Source: Macrostomum lignano
Lineage: Eukaryota
Direction of reading: 5' to 3'
Assembly: GCA_002269645.1 (NCBI GenBank)
Contig: NIVC01002255.1
Span: 124,001 to 188,000, forward strand
DNA: 64,000 nucleotides
The notes under the pieces were generated by a model that did not search any database, was not told the origin of the DNA, and was given only the letters and a program-made list of their open reading frames with translations. Position 1 is the stretch's first letter, and each line of letters begins with the position of its first letter. The translations under genes were made by a program, and so were the position numbers. Positions 11,773 through 21,800 of this stretch are shown here, piece after piece.

Positions 11773-14409
11773 TCATACCAGATACTTACTGAAATCAATA
11801 TCGTCCTTATATTGGTCCAGTTCCTTATCGTCGCCGCTAGCTACAGAGAGGCTGGAGCCGAGCGACATCCGGTTGCCCTGCAGAGGAACAACAGCAGCGC
11901 CATCCTCGTCTCCGGCCTGATTTGGCACCCGCTGATACTCCTTGAAGACTTCGGCCTTGGCCTCCTCCTTAGGGTTGTGGCCCAATTGGATCTCTTTCTC
12001 TTCAACTAGATAAGCGCGTTCAGGCTGGCGCCTGACCCAGTAAACGATAAGTATGATGACGACAATAAGACAGATTATTCCAATCACAACGCCGATGATG
12101 ATTGAATTGGCTGCGGCTGGTTCCGGCTCTGTAGGCATTTTGAAGTTGAGCGACACCGGAAGGAACGACAAGGATGATCCGATGTCGAAGTCGGTCGAGT
12201 AGAAGCACAGGCTGTCCTGCCGACAGTCCCACTGACCCAGCGCGGCGATCGGTTCTCCGTGACGCTCCTTGTCCAGCTTCAGGTTGGCGATGTTCGAGCC
12301 AGTCCGATAGCGGAAGTTGTACACCGGAATGAGTCGCTTCCTCTTCACGAGCTCCTTCGCCACATCCGGGCTGCTCACGGGGTAGATTTTGTAAGCGAGT
12401 CGCTGCGGCGCATTCGTCGTCGAGATCTCCGACGCGTTGTTGAACAGAATCTTGACATTGTCGAGCAGGTCATTGTCCAGTCGAAGGTAGGATTCGACAT
12501 CCACTCCGACTCTCGTCAGGTAGGCCATGAACTCGTCCGTGAGACTGAACTCGAAAAACGCACCCTTGCTGAATCCGCAGCCCTGCACTGAGCAGTTGTT
12601 GTTCGGGTTGAGCACGAACTGTTTGCGAGTGAGTCTCGGAATGAACACGACGTCACCGCCGCTCTGAACTTTGTAGGTCGGCATTCCGACCATCATAGAC
12701 TCGGAGCGATCGATGGACACGTCGCACACAAATCTGTGAGAGAAGTTTGTGCCGTACGTTGTGTACACTGGCGGAACACGGCGAACCGTTGCAGTCAAGC
12801 GCTTTGAGTCTTTTCCTGCCGAAGTCGCGTTCAGGAAGAAGTCGGCACCATCTGTGTTGACCTTGGATCGGAACTCGTCAAGGGTCATCTTTGTCCAAGA
12901 TTGGGACCCTCCGACCGTCTCTACAAAATAGAACACTGGCTCGATCTTGACGGTTTCTAGACTGGCAAAGTTTACGATGCAGCTGTAGGAAACGTACTCG
13001 TCCTCGATGGCGTACACTTTTGGTGGCAACAGACCTGTAATCTTGGCGTGACTGTCGGAGACGAAGGTCTCAGTCTGGAACTGCGGAAGAGAGATTACCT
13101 TCACTTTGAAGCTAAAGCTCTTTGACCCGGCTTCGCACCTGTAGACACCTGAGTGACGGTTACTCAGTGTGTGCGGAAACTCGACAATGTTCCCTGTCCT
13201 AGAAATTCGTAAGCCGTCCACGTAGGTCCATTCATCTCCAGACCCGACCATCTGAACGTCGTTGCGGTAGAAGCGAAACACCTCCGTTTTATCGTTGCAG
13301 ATGATCGGGCACACGATGGCTGTAAAGTCCATGCCAGACAAGATAGTCACGTTCGGACTGATGCCAGGGACCACTTCGCAGGCCTTGTCAGACGAGACAC
13401 AGGTGGAGTAGGAGGTATCGCTAATTGGAACTCGCTGCTCCACTGCTTCGGTGTTTTGGTACGGTTCAACTTCACCTGAGAACGACACAATCGAACAGAT
13501 TCCAATAGATGTTGCAGGCTTTTTCTCATCATAAAATCGTTTGACTTCATTTCTGAGTCCGCAAGCAGAGTACCACAGCTTTCCATCATCAATGTTTAGT
13601 TTCATGAGCTTCTGGAAGTTCTGGTTATCGTCATCGAGCTTGGAATTATAGTTCACAAACATGATGGACTTTCCCATTTGGAATGTCAAGCAGGAGCCAG
13701 CATCAAAGTACAGAATTGAGCCGAGGTTCATCTTCGCCTTGAAAAAGTCGGGAGCCTCCTTGAGAACTCGGCTGATTGCCGGCTCTAGAAACTGTATACT
13801 GTCGAATCCAGAGGTAGCCGTGGACGTTTTTTTCATGTAATTCACGGCTGCATCGGTTAGGAACCTCTTTTTGTAAGAGGTGCTCGTTGATGCCGAGCTG
13901 AAGCTGCTGATTGCGTCCAAACTCCAGACAAACAGCCGGTTGGACACTAATTCTCCAGTCGCATATTCAATTTTTATAAAGAACTCGATGCGTTCTCGGA
14001 ACACCTCTGTGTAGCTCAGCTTTGAAGACCCCATCGCAAGCTGGAAGTCCGTGTCGTCTACCGATTTTAGTGCCGACACCTGGAAGGAGATGGTGCTCGA
14101 GCACCTGTCTGTGGTCGATGTGGTGGCCAGTGAGCTGAGATCGATGCTTTCTTCTACGGAGTTTTTTGGACACTTGTAGAAGAGCATTCGCTTCATACCG
14201 CCACCAGTGTCACCGGAAACCTTCACTCGAATGATGATCTTCTTGTCTTTGCTAAGGATGGCGAGCATGTTAGAACCGCCCACCTCCCAGCGGTCATCCC
14301 AGGTGAGCATGATCTTTCTTGATATTGAGTAGTCAAAGCGAGGCATCTCTTGACCAGCCAATGCTATTGTTGTCACAGCCGCAAGTATTAACAATGTTTT
14401 CGTCAACAT
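11773..14409 (-). CDS. Ig-like type I membrane protein, copy B (about 878 aa, intronless, intact)
   Basis: Signal peptide MLTKTLLILAAVTTIALAG from ATG 14409. Ig-like Cys pairs (AIVCPII...GVYRCEAG; YSCIVNF...FVCDV), TM helix IIIGVVIGIICLIVVIILIVYWV followed by RR, and a cytoplasmic tail of about 80 aa ending YLV. Confidence 0.85.
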   Translation of the reverse strand: MLTKTLLILAAVTTIALAGQEMPRFDYSISRKIMLTWDDRWEVGGSNMLAILSKDKKIIIRVKVSGDTGGGMKRMLFYKCPKNSVEESIDLSSLATTSTTDRCSSTISFQVSALKSVDDTDFQLAMGSSKLSYTEVFRERIEFFIKIEYATGELVSNRLFVWSLDAISSFSSASTSTSYKKRFLTDAAVNYMKKTSTATSGFDSIQFLEPAISRVLKEAPDFFKAKMNLGSILYFDAGSCLTFQMGKSIMFVNYNSKLDDDNQNFQKLMKLNIDDGKLWYSACGLRNEVKRFYDEKKPATSIGICSIVSFSGEVEPYQNTEAVEQRVPISDTSYSTCVSSDKACEVVPGISPNVTILSGMDFTAIVCPIICNDKTEVFRFYRNDVQMVGSGDEWTYVDGLRISRTGNIVEFPHTLSNRHSGVYRCEAGSKSFSFKVKVISLPQFQTETFVSDSHAKITGLLPPKVYAIEDEYVSYSCIVNFASLETVKIEPVFYFVETVGGSQSWTKMTLDEFRSKVNTDGADFFLNATSAGKDSKRLTATVRRVPPVYTTYGTNFSHRFVCDVSIDRSESMMVGMPTYKVQSGGDVVFIPRLTRKQFVLNPNNNCSVQGCGFSKGAFFEFSLTDEFMAYLTRVGVDVESYLRLDNDLLDNVKILFNNASEISTTNAPQRLAYKIYPVSSPDVAKELVKRKRLIPVYNFRYRTGSNIANLKLDKERHGEPIAALGQWDCRQDSLCFYSTDFDIGSSLSFLPVSLNFKMPTEPEPAAANSIIIGVVIGIICLIVVIILIVYWVRRQPERAYLVEEKEIQLGHNPKEEAKAEVFKEYQRVPNQAGDEDGAAVVPLQGNRMSLGSSLSVASGDDKELDQYKDDIDFSKYLV

Positions 14410-14606
14410 TTTGAGTCTGTTGGTGATAGTTTTAAAAAGTGTTAAAACAGTATCTACTTTATGGCATACTATTGCATTAATAAGGTACATGTATATATAA
14501 AAAGGTAAAAGCATATTCTTACTCATAGGTATCCTTTAATTGCAAGCTAATATATAGGTTAATGGATTTATATTTGTTCAGTATTTATAAAAATTATCTG
14601 CATTAA

Positions 14607-17395
14607 CAGTAGGAATACCAAGCCATTTTTCCGCCCGTCGAACTACCAAGGGGGGGGGAAAATTTCCCCCCCCCCCTGACAAATTTTTTTGCTGCGCCGG
14701 AACGGAGCAACGCAGACACACAAAATTCAAGAACACGGGCTAACTTTTTGTTGCGCACCTTCTCAAACAAGAATCAAGTCGCCAGCCCTCCGGACCGTCG
14801 AGATATTCGACGATTCTGCCAGAAGGTCGGATTTTTCCCATAAGCGCTAGTGTATTCAGTACACCCCTGTGCGCCAATCAGCACTGCGCCTCAGTGCAGC
14901 CTTGCCAAGTCTCCAAATTTCATCAGCACGTCGACCACATGTGTCTGCATCAGCTCTGACTTCGTTGGTCACTAGCCTTCACCCAGGCGGAGCTTCTGGA
15001 CCTTCAACAGGTGGCACCAAGTGACTATGGACACTCTGATACGAATTTCTCGAGTTTCGCTGATCAAGCCTCGACAGTGGGCATACCTCAACTGCTAGGT
15101 ATCCTCAGCTAGTCTCTCGAGCCTTCCATCATCACCCCGACGCCGTCGGCACCTTCAACGGATTACACCAGGTGACTATGAACACCCTGATGCAAATTTC
15201 TCTAGTTTCGCTGATCAAGCCTTGCCAATGGGCAAGCCTCAACCGCGAAACATCTTCAGCTAGTCTCTCAAGCATTCAGTCATCACCCCGACGCCGTCGG
15301 CACCTTCAACAGATGACACCAGGCGACTATGAACACCTTGATGCGAATTTCTCTAGTTTCGCTGATCAAGCCTCGACAGTGAGCAAGCCTCAACTTCTGG
15401 ACACCCTCAGCTAATCTCTCAAGCATTCAGTCATCACTCGGACGCCGTCGGCACCTTCAACAGATGACACCAGGCGACTATGAACACCTTGATGCGAACT
15501 TCTCGAGTTTCACCGATCAAGCCTCGACAGTAGGCAAGCCTAAACTGCCGGACACCCTCAGCTAGTCTCTCAAGCATTCCGTCATCATCCCGACGTCGTC
15601 GGCTCCTTCAACAGATTACAACAGGTGACTATGAACATCCTATTGCAAATATGTCAGGTTTTTCTGATCAAGCTTCAATATTGGGCAAACCTCAACTGCT
15701 GGACATCCTCAGCTAGTCTCTCAAGCATTCCGTCATCATCCGGACGCCGTCGGCTCCTTCAACAGATTACAACAGGTGACTATGAACATCCTATTGCAAA
15801 TATGTCAGGTTTTCTGATCAAGCTTCAATATTGGGCAAACCTCAACTGCTGGACATCCTCAGCTGGTCTCTCAGGCGTTCCGTCGTCGTCCGGACGCCGT
15901 CGGCTCTTTCAGCAGATGACACCAGGGGAGTAAGGACACCTGAGCGTGATTTTTCATCATGCTCTTAACATTTCTGAAGCTCTCAAAATTTTTCAAGCAC
16001 GGAAATTGCTATAGTTATGCTTGAACTCATGTTGCTGTATATTTATATTATTATTACACATACTTTTATGCATACGAGCTACATACATATTTTATTCGAA
16101 AAGCTGCTTAGTTTATTCAGCTATAATATTGAACCCAATGCAGAAAGGGTTATGCTTTTAAAAAGCCAGTAAATTCAGTCGGTTTTTTCATTTTTTAATG
16201 ATTCAGAAATGTTAAGAGCATGATGAAAAATCACGCTCACGTGTCATTACTCCCCTGGTGCCACCTGTTGAAGGTGCCGACGGCGTCGGGGTGATGACGG
16301 AATGCTTGACTGACTAGCTGAGGATGTCCAGCAGTTGATTTTTGCCCACTATCGAGGCTTGATCAGCGAAATTAGAGAAATTATTATCAGGCTGTCCATA
16401 GTCAGCTGGTGTAATCTGTTGAAGGAGCCGACGACGTCGGGATGATGACGGAATGCTTGAGAGACTAGCTGAGGGTGTCCGGCAGTTTAGGCTTGCCTAC
16501 TGTCGAGGCTTGATCGGTGAAACTCGAGAAGTTCGCATCAAGGTGTTCATAGTCGCCTGGTGTCATCTGTTGAAGGTGCCGACGGCGTCCGAGTGATGAC
16601 TGAATGCTTGAGAGATTAGCTGAGGGTGTCCAGAAGTTGAGGCTTGCTCACTGTCGAGGCTTGATCAGCGAAACTAGAGAAATTCGCATCAAGGTGTTCA
16701 TAGTCGCCTGGTGTCATCTGTTGAAGGTGCCGACGGCGTCGGGGTGATGACTGAATGCTTGAGAGACTAGCTGAAGATGTTTCGCGTTGAGGCTTGCCCA
16801 TTGGCAAGGCTTGATCAGCGAAACTAGAGAAATTTGCATCAGGGTGTTCATAGTCACCTGGTGTAATCCGTTGAAGGTGCCGACGGCGTCGGGGTGATGA
16901 TGGAAGGCTCGAGAGACTAGCTGAGGATACCTAGCAGTTGAGGTATGCCCACTGTCGAGGCTTGATCAGCGAAACTCGAGAAATTCGTATCAGAGTGTCC
17001 ATAGTCACTTGGTGCCACCTGTTGAAGGTCCAGAAGCTCCGCCTGGGTGAAGGCTAGTGACCAACGAAGTCAGAGCTGATGCAGACACATGTGGTCGACG
17101 TGCTGATGAAATTTGGAGACTTGGCAAGGCTGCACTGAGGCGCAGTGCTGATTGGCGCACAGGGGTGTACTGAATACACTAGCGCTTATGGGAAAAATCC
17201 GACCTTCTGGCAGAATCGTCGAATATCTCGACGGTCCGGAGGGCTGGCGACTTGATTCTTGTTTGAGAAGGTGCGCAACAAAAAGTTAGCCCGTGTTCTT
17301 GAATTTTGTGTGTCTGCGTTGCTCCGTTCCGGCGCAGCAAAAAAATTTGTCAGGGGGGGGGGGAAATTTTTCCCCCCCCCTTGGTAGTTCTACTG
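14607..17395. mobile_element. Non-autonomous foldback DNA transposon with TTAA target-site duplication (piggyBac-like ends)
   Basis: TTAA at 14603-14606 and 17396-17399, termini CAGTAG...CTACTG. Arms of about 14607-15978 and 16202-17395 are near-perfect inverted copies, each with 5-6 tandem units of about 151 bp. AT-rich spacer of about 220 bp; no transposase. Confidence 0.88.
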
Positions 17396-18329
17396 TTAAT
17401 GTATGAAATAGTTATATGAAAACTTAAGGCAGTTTTATAATACTTTATAGATAAACAAATCTTTATTATATTAATTACCTTATTGCTAAATGGATTGCTA
17501 TGGCAATGAAATTGAAGAAAATTTTCAGTGTAATATATTTAGTCTGTATTAGCATTGTAAAATAAAAAGTATTTCTACTTTTTTGCATAAATCTGATTCA
17601 GTCAATACAACAAAGATAGGATGCAAATAAAAAAGTCTGTCTTTGTAAATACTGAAATTTAATTGTATAAAGTGCAATAAAAATAGTTCATAAAATAAAA
17701 TAGCTTCAAACTGTGTATAGGCAAGCAATTTTATTAAAAGGAAAGTTTAGCCCTATTTATTGTAGTATGTCAAATAAATAGGGTTCTAGATGAATTGACT
17801 TATACGAGCCATAAATAGCAACCAAACGGATACCAATGTTGATACCAGTATAAGAAGTTCAAGTGCTCTATAAAAACTAGATATCTAAACAAATGACTCA
17901 TAACTGCTAACATACTTAGACATACAGCAGGTGATAAATCATTACAAAATATTTTTTCTGAAGTTCTTAATGAGACAAAAGTTATGTTTGTATTTAGAAT
18001 GCTGTTAAATTTCTTTTGGTAAGAGGCAACGAAAAGGGAATTTGGATTAAAAAATACAATTTGTATGCACACGAGCAAAGGCAAAGTGTAGACCCCGTGT
18101 CGGCCATAGCTCAATCGGGACCGGACATGGCGAACAAATTCAAATTATGATGTCTTTTACTGCGATAGTATGTTGCTTTAATTATGTTGCTTTCCGACTT
18201 AAAGTTTTTTAACAAGCTTTAAAAGAAGTAACTTTTTATATTTTAATTTAGAAAATATAGAAAATTACTGTATACATTGTTAGACTATAACCAACTAAAA
18301 CATCCGGAAATGTTCTAAGCCATTTATTT

Positions 18330-18876
18330 GGGAGCACGAGAATCGCCCGCAGACAATTTGCCCGCCAAGATTCGCCCACAGGAGATTTGCCCGTCGAGAC
18401 TTGCCCGCTGAGATTTGCCCGTGTAGTGCATTTTTGCCCGCTAGCGAATTGCCCGTCGAGTTTTTTCCCGCCGAGGTTGCCCGCAATGCTTAATTTTTCC
18501 TGCAGCGCATTAATTTGTCACGCGTCAGATTCTTCGGATTCGTCAGTCTTAATAACGAGATTTACCTGATCTAAATATTTGGATAGTAACTGCATGTAAA
18601 ATGTTTTTTCTTCGTAGGCTTTTTCATTTCTATTTTCTATATACATAACCGCACAGGGGTACATGTGAGCTATTAATTCATGCATATGCCATGTCGCTAA
18701 TTTGTCTCCTCAATCTCTTTGTTAAAACTTCAATTCTTCAAGAGTAAGCATTGAGGGGGAAATGCAGACAGAATCTGACGCGTGGCAAAATGCGCTGCAG
18801 GAAAAAAGCATTGCAGACGAACCTCGGCGGGAAAAACTTAGCGGGTAATTCGCTCGCGGACAATTCTCATGGACCC
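18330..18876. mobile_element. MITE, Mutator-like
   Basis: GGG...CCC termini (gggagcacgagaat / attctcatggaccc), inverted internal blocks, short atttgcccg repeats, and 9-bp flanks catttattt / tatttattt. Confidence 0.65.
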
Positions 18877-21800
18877 TATTTATTTATATTGACTTCTATG
18901 AACCAGCCAATATAAGTTACTCTCATTTTTTGAACTTCGCTTTTAATCGCTAATCATGTATCAGTAGTTTAAAAAAGTTTAATGCTTAGCGTATTTGCTT
19001 TATTGTATTGTAAAGGATCCCCAAATTATCGAAAAGTACATATTTTTATCTATAATAAAGCCATGGCAGTATTAACGCTGCTTTCTTTTTAAGAGCTTCG
19101 ATCCATTCTATAGAGAGCTCACAATTGAACTAAAAATCTTTTATTGGATAGCTCTAACGTGTACATAGTGCATATAAAATGATGCACATTTAAGACTATC
19201 TGGACAAAAGAGCTGAGTATTATTGAGCACTCGGTGGGTCCTTGTTGGGCTTAATTAGGTCCTTTTGAAGCGTTATACCTAGAGAGTACCGGCATGTCAT
19301 AACTCCGTCAGGAACAATTTCAGCTAGTCGATAAATATAGACTACCACAGCTACCACAGCTACAAAATCAGAATTAATTACTCAATTAAATTGAATTAAT
19401 TTAATTACTCATTAAATTACGAAACTATATGAGTTAGGTCATAGACAGCCGTCAAAAATAGTTTATATTAAAATTTTGTTTTGCTATTGTAATTTTCCGT
19501 GTCGGTTTTGTTAGAATAGCCTCTATTCTGGCTATTTAAGCCATGTCCGACGAGAAGGCTGCCGACGACTCCAGTTCTACATTCAGCCAAGCAATCCATC
19601 TGTTGCGGCTCATGCTCAGGCTAAAATTATGGAAGTTCCTCTTCTGGATCCTACTAATACCAACTCTATTTTTAAACTTTCTGATAATGCAGAGATTGGA
19701 AAAAAAGAATCCAGACACGGTGTCGGGGCCAAGCGTCAAGTCGTTGTCAGCTGCTGAAGCGGCCAATTGGAAGGTGCTCATTGCCAGGCAAGCAGCCATC
19801 GAAGCAGGTACATTAAAAGCAATCGCGCAAAACAGAGGAGTAAAAAGCGGCAGCAGCTGGTTGACAAGGTGCGGCGAAACAGAAGCGTGCCAGATTCGAC
19901 TTTATGGAGTCAATAGTCTCGCTGTCCGATGCGAACTCGAGCATTCATGAAGTTTGAGAGGCGAGTTACCGAGTTTTATTGTTTGGACGGCTCTAGATCA
20001 GATCTAATCTGTTCCTATCTGTTTCACCTGATGCATCAGTCCATGGATTCAGGTGGCGCCACCGCCGCCTCAGTGTTCAAAGATGTTAATTTTATCAAGC
20101 TGTATGACCGATTCGAGAGTGAAACAATGAAACGAGAATGGTTGAAAGCAAAAATCGACGCTCCGGATTCGTTGTGCACGCGATCGGCGAAAAACAGTGG
20201 CGCATTTTTCGACTATTTTCCTCGTTACTTTATGTTGCACCTTCTGGTGGTGGCATCAGCAATGACGCTCTACTTCACTGTCAGCACACTGTCAGGAGTC
20301 GCCGGGCTCAAGGAAAATGGCTTCCTGCAGCTGATGTTCTGCAATGGACTCTCCGTAGCTGCCTACTGGATTGTCATGTGGCTTATTACCTTAGTTGAAT
20401 TACTCACCATGTCTGCCCTATTTGTTATCTCGTACGGCATACAGTGTCCCGGATTCTTCTCTCCTGAAGGCCTGTTCAAATCATTTCTTACTCTGCTGTG
20501 CTTTTTCGTACTTCTAGCCTCGCTGGGACTGCTTGTAACAACGCTTGTGGGCTCATATTTTGTAACTTTACTAGTGATGATAGTCTTCAATGTGATACTG
20601 GCATTTTGCGCTCTGGTCTGCAGGCAACAAGTGGCTTCCGCCGCTGGTAGGCGGGGCAATCACGTAGCCGGAGCCATGGTAATGCTTGTGTTCCCGCCTG
20701 GCAACATTGTTGAGTACCTGCTAGAGGCTATGCTGCCAAAAAGTCCAGCTAACAGAAGACCCACTGGGTACGAGCCATACTACCAGAGTATAGAGGTCTT
20801 ATTATCCGTGCTTCCAATTATTTTCATCATACTGACGATATACCTAGACTTCGTAGTAAAGAATGGGAACGGACTGTGTCTGCCTTTCATGTATCCGTTC
20901 AATCCGAGCTTCTGGAATCCTCATCGGCAGAAGCTCATCGAGATGGTTGACGAGCAGCCCAAGCGGGCCAACGTTGAGCCCACAGTCGGCGTTCCGGCGG
21001 TCATTGCCGATGACATTCACCTGACTTATCCGTCCGGCTGCTGCGAAGCAAAGAAGCCTCCAGTTCTGAAGGGCATCACATGTGAGTGTCCTTGCATGAG
21101 TTAGCTGCTGCTTTTCACATCCAACTGGGGGTAAAAGCAACAAAGGACCTTTGAAACGCATTTGCACTCCAGGCACCGTCTACCAGGGACAGATCACTGC
21201 ACTGATCGGACACAACGGAGCGGGAAAGACTACGCTTATTCGAGTGCTCATGGGCGAGGAGATTCCCAGCCGCGGCGTCGCCGTCATCAACGGCCACCGA
21301 GTGACGGATCCGTACCAGCGACTCGCGCTCAGAGGCAGCGTTAGCATCTGCAAACAGGTCGACGTGCTCAGCAACTACCTCACCGTGATGGAGAGCATGA
21401 AGCTGACTCTCGTAGCCAAGGGTTTCAGTCCGGATAGCCAAGTCGCAAAGGTGCTCGACATGATGAAGAGGCTGGGACTCGCCGGCAAGGAGAACGTGCA
21501 GGCCATGGACTTGAGCGGAGGTCAAATGCGAAAGGTGTGCAGCATAATTTGCCTGTTGGGGAACCCGAAGCTCGTGATCCTGGACGAGCCAACGAGCGGT
21601 CTGGACCCGGTGTCGAGACGAAATCTGTGGCAGATCCTCCAAGATCACAAGGCCGGTAGATCCATTATCCTGTGCACGCAGTTCATGGACGAGGCAGACA
21701 TTCTGGCAGATCGCAAGGTATTTCTGTCAGCTGGCAAGATTATATGTGCCGGCTCGTCCATGTTTTTGAAAAACGCATTTGGCTGCTGCGTGTCTATCAA

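Noticed and set aside
11800-12020. ITIM/ITAM motifs in the copy B cytoplasmic tail
   Set aside because: Tyrosines are present but none fits the (I/L/V/S)xYxx(L/V) consensus or paired YxxL spacing.
18085-18130. tRNA-like start gccatagctcaatcgg
   Set aside because: No B box or cloverleaf follows.
21093-21172. ABCA encoded as two separate half genes (stop at 21104, new TTG start at 21151)
   Set aside because: A 91-bp GT-AG intron joins them in frame and restores GITCTVYQGQITAL.
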